Shown: positions 1 through 10,346, counted from the first letter of the stretch. The stretch is DNA of 64,000 nucleotides from Gammaproteobacteria bacterium (GCA_963422205.2 CAXMWX010000001.1:32001-96000); one strand, 5' to 3'. The notes: generated by a model from the sequence alone, not told the origin. Numbers and translations: made by a program.

Positions 1-134
1 TGCCCGGCAGGCAAGCCCCAGGTATTTGCCCCCAGGGCGGCATCCGCTCGGCGTTTGAGTAACAGGATTTCATGCTCATCGTTCTCCAGCAGATTGATGG
101 CGAAGCGCGCCTGCAATACACCAGCATCCGCCAT
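1..134 (-). CDS. NUDIX hydrolase, 5' part (runs off the window)
   Basis: Translated by hand from ATG at 134: MADAGVLQARFAINLLENDEHEILLLKRRADAALGANTWGLPAG..., the typical ILLLKR...W.LPxG lead-in to the Nudix box; starts 3 bp after the aceF stop; absent from the ORF track. Confidence 0.7.
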   Translation of the reverse strand, partial: MADAGVLQARFAINLLENDEHEILLLKRRADAALGANTWGLPAG

Positions 135-137
135 CGT

Positions 138-1457
138 CTACAGCAGGAGTTGCCGTATGTCGGTCAACACCGCACCGAGGTAACGGGCAAACTCGGCAGC
201 GGCCACACCATCTATCACCCGGTGATCGTAGGATATGGAATAAGGCAGGATCAGTCTGGGTGCCAACGTGCCATCGATATACACCGGCTGGATGGCCGCA
301 CGGCACACGCCCATGATGGCGACTTCCGGCGTATTGACGATAGGCGTGAAGCCGGTGCCGCCGATATGCCCTAAGCTGGATATGGTGAAACACCCGCCCT
401 GCATCTGGGGGGGGCTGAGTTTTTTATCACGTGCCTGTTGCGCCAGGGCGGCCAATTCGGCGGCGAGATCAAACAGCCCTTTTTGATCAGCATCTTTGAT
501 GACCGGTACCATCAGGCCGTGGTCGGTGTTCACGGCGAAACCGATGTGATAGTAGTTTTTCAGGATCAACTGCTCGCCATCGGGGCTTAACGAGGCGTTA
601 AACGTCGGGTATTTTTTCAGCGCTGCCACCGCGGCCTTGATAAGAAAACCGAGCAAGGTGAGTTTGCTGCCCAATCGCTCCGCTTCGGTTTTTCTTGCCT
701 GGCGAAATTCCTCCAGTTCGGTGATGTCGGCCTCATCAAAATGGGTGACATGCGGGACGGTGAGCCAGCTGCGATACAGGTTCTCTCCGGCCAGCCGTTG
801 CAGGCGGCTGAGTTTTTTGTGCGCTATGGGGCCGAATTTGGAAAAATCCACGGGGGGCATTTCCGGCAAGGCGAAGCCGCCCTGGGCCTTGCTGGACATT
901 CGGTCATCATCCATCACCGCCTTGGTGAAGGCCATCACATCCGCCTTGGTGATGCGACCACCTCTGCCGGAGCCGTTCACCCGGGCCAGGGTGACGCCCA
1001 GCTCACGGGCGAACTTGCGTACCGCCGGGCTGGCGTGGGGCTGGGCACTTTTGCCGCCGTCCACCGCCGCCTCGCCCGTCGGTTCTGGTGCTGCTGGGCC
1101 GGCTGGCGGTCTGGGGTCGGGTTCGTCCTGTTGTATGTCTGCTGTCCTGTCCGTGGCGGCGGTTTTTTCCGCTGACGGCGGCCTGGCGGGCGCCGTGGAC
1201 TCGCCCCCGGCCGCTGTGGTCATCTCCAGCGTCAGGATCACCATGCCCTGGCTCACCTGATCGCCCGGCTTGACCTTTACCGCTTTGACAACGCCCGCAT
1301 CGGGTGATGGGATATCCATCGTGGCCTTGTCGCTTTCCAGGGTGATCAGCGTGTCTTCAACGGCCACGGTATCGCCGCTGCCAACGGCGATGTCAATGAT
1401 CTCGACCGCATCGAAATCGCCGATATCCGGCACCAGGATGTCTTTGACCTCGGCCAT
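138..1457 (-). CDS. aceF: Pyruvate dehydrogenase E2, dihydrolipoamide acetyltransferase (one lipoyl domain)
   Basis: Lipoyl motif LESDKATMDIP, E3-binding HASPAVRKFARELG, catalytic DHRVIDG; follows aceE. Confidence 0.96.
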   Translation of the reverse strand: MAEVKDILVPDIGDFDAVEIIDIAVGSGDTVAVEDTLITLESDKATMDIPSPDAGVVKAVKVKPGDQVSQGMVILTLEMTTAAGGESTAPARPPSAEKTAATDRTADIQQDEPDPRPPAGPAAPEPTGEAAVDGGKSAQPHASPAVRKFARELGVTLARVNGSGRGGRITKADVMAFTKAVMDDDRMSSKAQGGFALPEMPPVDFSKFGPIAHKKLSRLQRLAGENLYRSWLTVPHVTHFDEADITELEEFRQARKTEAERLGSKLTLLGFLIKAAVAALKKYPTFNASLSPDGEQLILKNYYHIGFAVNTDHGLMVPVIKDADQKGLFDLAAELAALAQQARDKKLSPPQMQGGCFTISSLGHIGGTGFTPIVNTPEVAIMGVCRAAIQPVYIDGTLAPRLILPYSISYDHRVIDGVAAAEFARYLGAVLTDIRQLLL

Positions 1458-1460
1458 GGC

Positions 1461-4118
1461 CTATGCTGTCACCGGGTTGGGTTTGTCTGGATCGATGCCG
1501 TATTGTTTGATCGCCCTGGTAACAACGCGGCGCTCAATATCACCCGCATCGGCCAGGGCGGTCAGGGCGGCCACAGCGATGTAGAAGCGGTTGACCTCAA
1601 AGAAACGGCGCAACTGCTCGCGCGTATCGCTGCGCCCGAAGCCATCCGTGCCCAGCACACGGTATGGCCGGGGCGCATACTCTCTGATCTGATCGGCATG
1701 GATCTTCATGTAATCGCTTGCCGCGATGATCGGGCCGCGGCGCTTCTCCAGACACCTGGCGAAGTAGCTCTTTTTTGGGGGCGCTTCGGGATGCAGCATA
1801 TTCCAGCGAGAGCAATCCAGGCCATCGCGGCGCAATTCGTTAAAGCTGGTGACGCTCCAGATATCGGCATCCACCGAGAAATCCTGCTGCAACAGATCAG
1901 CGGCGGCGATCACTTCCCGCAGAATGGCACCAGAGCCCAGCAGTTGTACCCGCAGTTTCTTACGCCCGCCCTGACGCAACAGGTACATGCCTTTTTTAAT
2001 GCCCTCCTCACACCCATCGGGCATGGCCGGGTGTTCATAATTTTCATTCATCACCGTGATGTAGTAATAAATATCCTCGTTGCGGTCGTACATGCGATGC
2101 AGACCGTCATGGATGATCACGGCCAGCTCATAGGCATACGTCGGATCATAGGAGATGCAGTTAGGGATGGTGGAGGCCAGCACATGGCTGTGGCCATCCT
2201 GGTGTTGCAGGCCCTCGCCAGCCAGGGTCGTCCGCCCAGCGGTGCCGCCGAGTAAAAAACCGCGCGAGCGCATGTCGCCCGCCGCCCAGGCCAGATCGCC
2301 CACGCGCTGAAAGCCAAACATGGAATAGTAGATGTAGAACGGGATCATCTGCACGCCGTGGTATTTATAGGCGGTGGCCGCCGCTATCCAGGAGGAGAAC
2401 GCCCCGGCCTCATTGATGCCCTCTTCCAGTATCTGGCCTTGTTTATCCTCACGGTAATACATGACTTGATCATGATCGACCGGCTCATACAGCTGCCCGA
2501 CTGAGGAGTAAATACCCAACTGCCGGAACATGCCTTCCATGCCGAAGGTGCGCGCCTCATCCGGCACGATAGGTACGATATACTGACCTATGGTCTTGTC
2601 CTTGCTCAAGGCGTTGAGGATACGCACGAAGGCCATGGTCGTTGAGATGGCGCGCTCGCCGGTACCGGCCAGGAGTTTCTCGTGCAGGTTGATGTCGGGC
2701 GAGGTGTGTTTTTCCGCCTGTGGCCACTTGTGCAGCAAAAAGCCGCCGAGCTCCTCTCGGCGCTGGCGCATATAGGTGAGTTCCGGGCTATCCTGTGGCG
2801 GCTTGTAGAAGGGGGCGGCGGCGATCTCCTCATCGGCGATGGGAATGTTGAAGCGATCGCGAAACGCCCGCAGCGCCTCATCCCCCATCTTCTTTTGCTG
2901 ATGGGTGATGTTCTGGCCCTCGCCGGCCTCACCCATGCCATAGCCCTTCACCGTCTTCGCCAGGATGACTGTCGGCTGGCCGGTGTGCCGCACGGCGGCA
3001 TGATAGGCAGCATAGACCTTATGCGGATCATGGCCGCCACGATTCAAACGCCAGATGTCCTCATCGGACATATTGGCCACCAGCGCCTTGAGCGGCGGAT
3101 ACTTGCCGAAAAAATGCTCGCGCACATACGCCCCATCGTTTGCCTTGTAGGCTTGATACTCGCCGTCTACGGTCTCCTCCATGAGGTGTTGCAGCCTGCC
3201 ATCCCGATCGCGTGCGATCAGCGGGTCCCAGTACGATCCCCAGATGACCTTGATGACATTCCAGCCCGCCCCGCGAAAATCTGCCTCCAGCTCCTGGATG
3301 ATCTTGCCGTTGCCACGTACCGGCCCGTCCAGACGTTGCAGATTGCAGTTAATCACGAAGATAAGGTTATCCAGTTTTTCCCGGGCGGCGAGACCAATAG
3401 CGCCCAGGGATTCCGGCTCATCCATTTCCCCATCGCCCATGAAGGCCCAGATCTTGCGGTCGCTGGCCGGGATCATCCCGCGGTGTTGCAGGTAGCGCAT
3501 GAAACGCGCCTGGTAGATCGCCATCAACGGCCCCAGCCCCATGGACACGGTGGGGAATTGCCAGAAGTCCGGCATCAGCCACGGGTGCGGGTACGATGAC
3601 AGGCCGCCAGCATCGACTTCCTGGCGGAAGCGGGTGAGCTGGTCTTCGGTAATCTGCCCGTACAAATAGGCGCGCGCATAAATGCCGGGCGCTGAATGTC
3701 CCTGAATAAACACCAGATCGCCGCCATGCTCTTCCGTTGCGGCACGAAAGAAATGGTTAAAGCCGACATCGTATAACGTGGCTGAGGAGGCGAAGCTGGC
3801 GATATGCCCGCCAAGCTCGGCGCTGTAGCGGTTGGCCTTCACCACGGTGGCCAGGGCATTCCAGCGTACCAGGCTGCGGATGCGCCATTCCATGCCGGGA
3901 TCACCGGGCGATGGCGCTTCCCGCGAGGGCGGGATGGTGTTCAGATAAGCGGTGTTGGCCGAGTACGGCAGGTAGGCGCCGGATTTTCTGGCCTTGGCGA
4001 TGAGTTGCTCAAGCAGATAATGTGCGCGCTCTGTACCGGCCTCTGCGATCACCGAATCCAGCGCCTCTATCCATTCCCGGGTCTCCAGTGGATCAATGTC
4101 GTGCCTGTTTTCAATCAT
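1461..4118 (-). CDS. aceE: Pyruvate dehydrogenase E1, homodimeric type
   Basis: DIDPLETREW N-terminus, SSYPHPWLMPDFWQFPTVSMGLG, TPP motif GDGEMDEPES; 885 aa. Confidence 0.98.
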   Translation of the reverse strand: MIENRHDIDPLETREWIEALDSVIAEAGTERAHYLLEQLIAKARKSGAYLPYSANTAYLNTIPPSREAPSPGDPGMEWRIRSLVRWNALATVVKANRYSAELGGHIASFASSATLYDVGFNHFFRAATEEHGGDLVFIQGHSAPGIYARAYLYGQITEDQLTRFRQEVDAGGLSSYPHPWLMPDFWQFPTVSMGLGPLMAIYQARFMRYLQHRGMIPASDRKIWAFMGDGEMDEPESLGAIGLAAREKLDNLIFVINCNLQRLDGPVRGNGKIIQELEADFRGAGWNVIKVIWGSYWDPLIARDRDGRLQHLMEETVDGEYQAYKANDGAYVREHFFGKYPPLKALVANMSDEDIWRLNRGGHDPHKVYAAYHAAVRHTGQPTVILAKTVKGYGMGEAGEGQNITHQQKKMGDEALRAFRDRFNIPIADEEIAAAPFYKPPQDSPELTYMRQRREELGGFLLHKWPQAEKHTSPDINLHEKLLAGTGERAISTTMAFVRILNALSKDKTIGQYIVPIVPDEARTFGMEGMFRQLGIYSSVGQLYEPVDHDQVMYYREDKQGQILEEGINEAGAFSSWIAAATAYKYHGVQMIPFYIYYSMFGFQRVGDLAWAAGDMRSRGFLLGGTAGRTTLAGEGLQHQDGHSHVLASTIPNCISYDPTYAYELAVIIHDGLHRMYDRNEDIYYYITVMNENYEHPAMPDGCEEGIKKGMYLLRQGGRKKLRVQLLGSGAILREVIAAADLLQQDFSVDADIWSVTSFNELRRDGLDCSRWNMLHPEAPPKKSYFARCLEKRRGPIIAASDYMKIHADQIREYAPRPYRVLGTDGFGRSDTREQLRRFFEVNRFYIAVAALTALADAGDIERRVVTRAIKQYGIDPDKPNPVTA

Positions 4119-4367
4119 TCTACGTAACCCATCGTACCCTGCTGTTGTGATAGTATGGTAGCTTGGATACCGCCCCGATTTTGCAAGTGACTTTTAGCTT
4201 CATCTCATCCTGCGTATGCGTACAGGCTGCGTATGCGTGCAGACGGGCTTGCTGAAGGTAGTGGCTATTATATTGTGTTAGACAGTATAACGGCAATGCG
4301 CCCTGATCGCTGTATGATTTGCTTTTATTTAAGATGACAATTCTATGACTACCCACCATGATGACCA

Positions 4368-5870
4368 ATGATGACGTTCAATTTTAATTTCACGGTCAAG
4401 CAACACCCGCGGGCAGCACGCCAATCTGACTATGATAAGCACCCAGCCTGGATTGTACTCTATGCCAGCACAATGACGGCCAGGCAGCTAAAACGCCATG
4501 CCTGTCTGCCATTACTGGTCAAACGGCGGAAAAAACGCCTGCCCGCCGCCACCGATAGCGAGCCCTGCACAGCCGAGTTGCCGAATGCCCGTGCCAGCCA
4601 CATCGCCTATGCGTGTATTGATGAGGCGATGAGTGCCTTTGAGCGCTTGACGCTGGCCAGGAAACTGGTGGCTGTACACAGCAAACGCCAGGCACGGCAG
4701 ATCGCTGTTGTTATCGCTGGCTTTGACAAGTCACAGCAAGCCAGGCTCGCCGAGGCCGTGGTCGCTGCGGCGGCTGCGGCGGCCGTCAGCTTACCGAGTT
4801 TCAAGCAAAAGCAACCGCCTGCCGGCGCCCAGAGGCTGCACCTGTTCGGCCTAAAGCAAACGCTCGATCTCAAACAGACCCTGGCCGAGGCTGAGGGCAA
4901 TGCACTGGCGCGCACGCTGAGTGTTCTGCCAGCCAATAAACTGACCCCCGGCCGTTATCTGAAGATCATTAACCAGCTGGCAAAAGCCAACCGCTGGCGG
5001 CTTACGTTTTATGATCAAAAGACCTTAAAGCGGAAAAAAGCCGGGGCATTTCTGGCGGTGGTGCAGGGCAGTGCGGCGGCAGATGCCGGGATCGTGCGCC
5101 TTCGGTACGTGCCGCAAAAAAAGCCTGCCAAAACCCTGGCACTGGTGGGCAAGGGGCTGTGTTACGACACCGGGGGTACGAACCTGAAGCCGGCCAAATC
5201 CATGTACGGTATGCATGAGGATATGCAGGGCAGTGCGGTTGCCTTGGGGACGCTGCTGGCACTTGGTCGGCTGGGGCCGGACTATGCGATCGAGTGCTGG
5301 CTGGCGCTGGCGATGAATCATATCGGCCCCAAAGCCTACAAGCCGAATGATGTGGTTACCGCAAGCGATGGTACCAGCATAGAGGTGGTGCATACCGATG
5401 CCGAAGGGCGCATGGTGCTGGCCGATACGCTGGCGCTGTTATCAGCACACAAGCCGGATATGATCATCGATTTTGCCACCTTGACCGGCACCTGTATGCA
5501 GGCGCTGGGCACGGCCTACAGCGGGGTGTTCAGTAACCGGCCGGCCCTGTACCCGCAACTGATTGCCACGGGTGTTAAATGCGGCGAGCGCATCTGGCCT
5601 TTTCCGCTGGATGAGGATTATGATGCGGCGCTGGAAAGCCAGATTGCCGACATCAGGCAATGCGCCCTGGAAGGCGATGCGGATCACATTCTCGCCGCCC
5701 GCTTTTTGCAGCGGTTTGTCAAACATGACATCCCCTGGGTGCATATCGATCTGGCTGCCAGCCATCATGTCGGCGGGCTGGCGCATATCGCTACCGACAC
5801 CACTGGCTTTGGCGTGCGCTATACCGTGTCTATGATGCAGACCCAGCGGCTGGACAAGCTATCGCTATGA
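4368..5870 (+). CDS. Leucyl aminopeptidase family (M17) protein
   Basis: VGKGLCYDTGG, EDMQG, HTDAEGR, DFATLTG and WVHIDLA motifs. Confidence 0.9.
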   Translation: MMTFNFNFTVKQHPRAARQSDYDKHPAWIVLYASTMTARQLKRHACLPLLVKRRKKRLPAATDSEPCTAELPNARASHIAYACIDEAMSAFERLTLARKLVAVHSKRQARQIAVVIAGFDKSQQARLAEAVVAAAAAAAVSLPSFKQKQPPAGAQRLHLFGLKQTLDLKQTLAEAEGNALARTLSVLPANKLTPGRYLKIINQLAKANRWRLTFYDQKTLKRKKAGAFLAVVQGSAAADAGIVRLRYVPQKKPAKTLALVGKGLCYDTGGTNLKPAKSMYGMHEDMQGSAVALGTLLALGRLGPDYAIECWLALAMNHIGPKAYKPNDVVTASDGTSIEVVHTDAEGRMVLADTLALLSAHKPDMIIDFATLTGTCMQALGTAYSGVFSNRPALYPQLIATGVKCGERIWPFPLDEDYDAALESQIADIRQCALEGDADHILAARFLQRFVKHDIPWVHIDLAASHHVGGLAHIATDTTGFGVRYTVSMMQTQRLDKLSL

Positions 5871-5934
5871 TAAGCGGGCGTGATGATATCAGGGACGCCT
5901 GTTGCCGCCTGCTGTGTCAATTTAACTCGGGAAG

Positions 5935-6213
5935 CTACTGGCTGAACAATTTCCAGAACATGGCCAGAGTGAACGCCAGGTTGAACCCTATCATCCACTT
6001 CATCAGACGTTGCTCGGCTGTCAGTTCCTGGGTTCTGGCATCAATCTTTACTTCCAGTTTAATCAGGTCTGCCTTCGTAGCTGCCTGGTTATCCAATGCT
6101 TCGGAAAGCGCATCTTTCTGCGCTTCAACTATAGCCTCTGCCTGTTTCTCTGCTACGCCGGCATCTTTAAGACGCCGGACAAATTCCAGGGTGTCAAAAG
6201 TTACTGTGCCCAT
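5935..6213 (-). CDS. DUF1640/CCDC90-like small coiled-coil membrane protein
   Basis: FDTLEFVRRLKDAGVAEKQAEAI...ATKADL coiled coil followed by a C-terminal TM helix (KWMIGFNLAFTLAMFW). Confidence 0.75.
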   Translation of the reverse strand: MGTVTFDTLEFVRRLKDAGVAEKQAEAIVEAQKDALSEALDNQAATKADLIKLEVKIDARTQELTAEQRLMKWMIGFNLAFTLAMFWKLFSQ

Positions 6214-6362
6214 GGTTTTACTGCCCTGGTTTCATGTTGTCGGTGCCAAATACAGGTAATCGTATAGACAATCAGTATAGATAATCGACATCCCGATGGC
6301 TATAGTTGTCCATAGCATATCAACGGCAGAGAATGTGTGTGCTGCCTGTGCTGTCGAATCGC

Positions 6363-6650
6363 CTAGTTGATCGCATCGATCACCGTACCATCATGCTCAA
6401 CGGTGGGCGTGAGTTGAGGCACGATAAAACCCGTATCTGCGGTTCGCCTGTGCTTATCTCCCGGTACCTTGCCGGGCTGAACGCTCAAGTACAGGCGTTC
6501 AACATTCTCCGCCAGTTCCAGCAATATCTGCTCCCTCATGGCATCTTCCAAGGCGATATCCTGCTCATCGGCGGCAAGCGGGTTGCCATGCAGCACGACA
6601 AAACCGACCACCATCAAGCCGAAGAGGTTTTGCAGAGTGGCTGTCTTCAT
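6363..6650 (-). CDS. Hypothetical exported protein
   Basis: GGAGGAG RBS upstream; signal-peptide-like N-terminus (MKTATLQNLFGLMVVGFVVLHGNPLAA) and an acidic mature region. Confidence 0.55.
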   Translation of the reverse strand: MKTATLQNLFGLMVVGFVVLHGNPLAADEQDIALEDAMREQILLELAENVERLYLSVQPGKVPGDKHRRTADTGFIVPQLTPTVEHDGTVIDAIN

Positions 6651-7337
6651 GGTGATTCTCCTCCGAATGTGTCAGTGATCTGGCTGACAATATAAAAATG
6701 AAATATTGAGAAACCATGACAAAATGTTTAAGAATTAAGGATTTATCTGAGAATCTTTACCCGATGTTGCGCCTGTCGATGGTGGTTAGCTCAGATAAAC
6801 CCATTAAAAATTGTCAGTTATCTCACTAAAAAAACAGCTGAATTTTTAATGCACGTCATCTGCCAGGGCCTCTGCATTGCAGTCGGCTGCCACGGACTTT
6901 ACCCAATCGGCGATGCTGTCCAACGGCACAGCATCGGTGTCATGCAAGCATCAACTCGGCCTCTTCGGCGTTGAATTCCTGGTATAAATTGCCCGGCCAT
7001 ATCAGCAAGGGTGGTACGATAAAGGCTCTGCTTGTGGATCAGGCTGTCAGCGGCGTTGATCAGAAGTGCCTGCTGGCCACTGCTGCTTGGCATCATCGCT
7101 ATCAAACAGTCAGTGACATAGTTCAATCAACATAGGGATACACCGGCATATATCAAGCCCCTGCCGCATTATTTTCAGTTACGTGCTCAAGGCGATCAGT
7201 ACTGGCAGGATAACCGCCGCATTTCCCGATGAGTTAAGCCCGTGTTTGCCCGTTCGGATTCTGCGTGATGTATCACACAGCAATCCCTGGCTCTCCGGCA
7301 AGACATGAACTCCGCCCGCCCGCAGTTCATGCGGTGT

Positions 7338-7679
7338 TCATTGTAACCACAGGCCGAGCAGTGCCAGCAGTATGACCAGGGCGAGCACAAACAGTAGATT
7401 GATTCTCTGCATGGAGCGCTTCTGGGCGCTGGCGAGCAATTCATTTTGTCGGGCTAATTGCTCAATCAGCCGGGTTTGCTCCATATTCGCCGCATCGTTC
7501 TCATCCAGGCGGGCGGTGATATCGTTCACGGCCGTCTGCAACTGCTCTATGGTTGCCGGTTTTTCCGTATCATCAGCACCGCCGGACTGGCGTTGCCTGA
7601 GCAGGTGCATCAGCTTGCCAGCGGCCTGTATGATCACCGGGGCGGAGTTCAGGATGGTATTGATGGTTACCGGGTTCAT
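7338..7679 (-). CDS. Hypothetical coiled-coil protein with C-terminal membrane anchor
   Basis: Heptad-like middle (LQTAVNDITARLDE...LIEQLARQNELL) and a hydrophobic C-terminus; start could be 7691. Confidence 0.6.
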   Translation of the reverse strand: MNPVTINTILNSAPVIIQAAGKLMHLLRQRQSGGADDTEKPATIEQLQTAVNDITARLDENDAANMEQTRLIEQLARQNELLASAQKRSMQRINLLFVLALVILLALLGLWLQ

Positions 7680-7953
7680 GATTGTTTGCACTCATCGGCT
7701 TGTCGCCAGCATATACCGACAGCCTAGCCGAACCATCAGCCGGCCTGCAAGCGGCGCCCGCGAAGTTTTCACGTTAAAATTTTCAGGGCGCCCGGTGCTG
7801 CCCGGATCGTCCAGGGATTGTCATTGCTGTCAAGGAAACTACAATACGCTGCTCATTAAACGTGACGCCTAAAACATCACGCAATGGGATGCAGACGGGC
7901 GGTTGAATTTTCACAGGACACAGATGTCAATAGCTAGGCGAGGACTCAAACAC

Positions 7954-8916
7954 ATGGCGATACAAACGGAAATCCAGCGGCTGAAGGACTACATCGCCGC
8001 CCATATCATCGGCCAGGAGAAGCTGGTAGACCGGCTGTTGATCGCGCTGCTTGCCGATGGGCATCTGCTGGTGGAAGGGGCGCCCGGGCTGGCCAAGACC
8101 CGCGCAATCAAGGTGCTCGCCGAGGGCATTGAGGCCGATTTTCACCGCGTACAGTTCACCCCTGATCTGCTGCCCGCTGATCTGACCGGCACGGAGATTT
8201 ACCGACCACAGGCCGGCGATTTCCATTTTCAACAAGGCCCGCTGTTTCATAACCTGATCCTGGCCGATGAGGTCAACCGGGCGCCAGCAAAAGTCCAGTC
8301 CGCCCTGCTGGAGGCAATGGCCGAGCGGCAGATCACTGTCGGCAAGGAGACTTATTCCCTGCCCCGGCTGTATCTGGTGATGGCCACGCAAAATCCCATC
8401 GAACAGGAAGGGACATATCCGCTGCCGGAGGCGCAGTTAGACCGGTTTTTATTGCACATACAGATTGATTATCCAGAGGCAAAGGCCGAGCAGGCCATAT
8501 TGCAACTGGCCAGAGAAGAGGCGCACCAGCAGCAACCTGAGACTGACTTCTCCCTTATCATGCAGGCAGCAATCTTTGCAGCCCGCGAGGCGGTGCTGGA
8601 TGTCTATATGGCGGAGAACCTTGAGCAGTACCTGATTCAACTGATACTGGCCAGCCGCCGCCCGGCCGCCTACGGCGATGATCTGGCAAAATGGGTGCAG
8701 TATGGTGCCAGCCCGCGTGCCACCATCGCTCTCGATCGCTGCGCCCGGGCGCATGCCTGGATACACGCCAGAGACTTTGTCAGCCCGGACGATATTCAGG
8801 CCATCGCCGCAGACGTGCTGCGCCATCGGCTGATACTCAATTACGAGGCAGAGGCAAACGGCATCAGCACCGACCAGGTGGTGCAGGAACTGATCGCCAG
8901 AATTGCCGTACCTTAA
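7954..8916 (+). CDS. moxR: MoxR-family AAA+ ATPase
   Basis: Walker A GAPGLAKT, RVQFTPDLLPAD, ADEVNRA, ATQNPIEQEGTYPLPEAQLDRF; AGGA RBS before ATG 7954. Confidence 0.95.
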   Translation: MAIQTEIQRLKDYIAAHIIGQEKLVDRLLIALLADGHLLVEGAPGLAKTRAIKVLAEGIEADFHRVQFTPDLLPADLTGTEIYRPQAGDFHFQQGPLFHNLILADEVNRAPAKVQSALLEAMAERQITVGKETYSLPRLYLVMATQNPIEQEGTYPLPEAQLDRFLLHIQIDYPEAKAEQAILQLAREEAHQQQPETDFSLIMQAAIFAAREAVLDVYMAENLEQYLIQLILASRRPAAYGDDLAKWVQYGASPRATIALDRCARAHAWIHARDFVSPDDIQAIAADVLRHRLILNYEAEANGISTDQVVQELIARIAVP

Positions 8917-8918
8917 AG

Positions 8919-9845
8919 ATGCCGACACAGCAAAACCCCGCCGTTGACGTGTCGGTGTCAGAGCTGGTGCAACTGCATCGCCAGGCGGCGCGCATTTGCC
9001 TGCAAAGCCAGCGGATAAAGGCACGGCAAAGCGGCGAGTATCGCTCCGGTTTCAAGGGCCGGGGCATGGAGTTTGACGAATCACGGCCCTACCAGCCCGG
9101 CGATGATATACGCAATATCGACTGGCGCGTCACCGCCCGCACTGGCAGACCCCACACCAAGCTGTTTCGCGAGGAGCGCGAGCGGCCGGTTTTTATCTGG
9201 CTGGATTTGCGCCAGACGATGTTTTTTGCCACCCGCGGGCGGTTTAAATCGGTGCTAGCCGCCCAACTGGCGGGGATGCTGGCCTGGAGTGCATTACAGC
9301 ACGGCGATCGTATCGGCGGGCTGATCTTTGCAGATGCCGAGCATCATGAAGTCAAACCGGGCCGCGGCAAGGCGGCGGTACTGCGGCTGCTGAACCAGAT
9401 TGCCCGCCAGCATCAGCAGCACAACGCCACCCGCAAGACCAATACCCCTGACTCGCTCGCCCATGCCCTGCGGCGTTTGCGGCGTGTTGCCCGGCCCGGC
9501 AGCCTGCTCTTTTTGCTGAGTGATTTCAGAGGGCTAACGAAGGCCGCCGAGCTGCAACTCAATCGATTAGGCAAACATAACGAGGTGACCCTGTTGTTCA
9601 TCCACGACCAACTGGAAGTCGCCCTGCCACCCGCCGGGCTGTATAAAGTGACCAACGGCCGAGAGGACTGTCTGCTGGACACGCACGACCGCGCCCTGGT
9701 TGATGCCTATCAACACCACTGCCAGCAGCGTCTTGAACAACTGCAATCACTGGCAAAGCATAACCGTATGCGCCTGTTAAGCTGCCAGACCAGTGCCGCG
9801 CCATTGACGCTGCTCGCCACCGGGCTGGGCCAGGCCATGAGCTAA
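8919..9845 (+). CDS. DUF58 protein (MoxR-associated)
   Basis: FKGRGMEFDESRPYQPGDDIRNIDWRVTAR; start moved to ATG 8919, just after the moxR stop. Confidence 0.92.
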   Translation: MPTQQNPAVDVSVSELVQLHRQAARICLQSQRIKARQSGEYRSGFKGRGMEFDESRPYQPGDDIRNIDWRVTARTGRPHTKLFREERERPVFIWLDLRQTMFFATRGRFKSVLAAQLAGMLAWSALQHGDRIGGLIFADAEHHEVKPGRGKAAVLRLLNQIARQHQQHNATRKTNTPDSLAHALRRLRRVARPGSLLFLLSDFRGLTKAAELQLNRLGKHNEVTLLFIHDQLEVALPPAGLYKVTNGREDCLLDTHDRALVDAYQHHCQQRLEQLQSLAKHNRMRLLSCQTSAAPLTLLATGLGQAMS

Positions 9846-9848
9846 GCC

Positions 9849-10343
9849 ATGCCCAATCCACAAACCCTGCCACTGCGAGACATTCATCTGCCGCCGGCCC
9901 CGGGCTGGTGGCCGCCTGCGCTCGGCTGGTGGTGCGTGCTTGGCCTGTTGGTGCTGATGGTGGCGGGATGGGTACTCTGGCAGCGGCACAAGGGGCGTGT
10001 ACGCCGCTCTGCCATCACCCTGGCACGGCAGGAGTTGCTCGCCATACAGGCACACTACACCCGAGAGCAGGATGCTAAATCCGCCATACAGGCGGCCTCC
10101 GTCCTGGTGCGCCGACTCTCCATCAGCCTGTTTCCGCACCACAACAGCGCCGGCCTTATCGGTAACGACTGGCTGGATTTCCTCGATAGCCAGGTGGGGC
10201 AGCGCATCTTCTGCGCCCGTGCTGGCCGCCTTATGCTGGAGGCACCTTACAGACGGGTTGTGCAGCCGGCCGAGGCACAATCTCTGTTGTTGCTCTGCGG
10301 GCAATGGCTGGAAGCTGCGGCACGTGTGCCGCAGGCACGGTAA
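9849..10343 (+). CDS. DUF4381 protein
   Basis: LPLRDIHLPPAPGWWPPALGWW plus a TM helix; usual position in moxR operons. Confidence 0.85.
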   Translation: MPNPQTLPLRDIHLPPAPGWWPPALGWWCVLGLLVLMVAGWVLWQRHKGRVRRSAITLARQELLAIQAHYTREQDAKSAIQAASVLVRRLSISLFPHHNSAGLIGNDWLDFLDSQVGQRIFCARAGRLMLEAPYRRVVQPAEAQSLLLLCGQWLEAAARVPQAR

Positions 10344-10346
10344 GTC

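Noticed and set aside
1-20. TGCCCGGCAGGCAAG resembling the family A repeat
   Set aside because: It is explained as coding sequence (GLPAG) of the Nudix gene.
4172-4191. Partial match to the shared operator upstream of aceE (reverse complement GTCACTTGCAAAATCGGGGC)
   Set aside because: Only the left half-site matches, which could be chance. The same applies to weak matches near 27455 and 57443.
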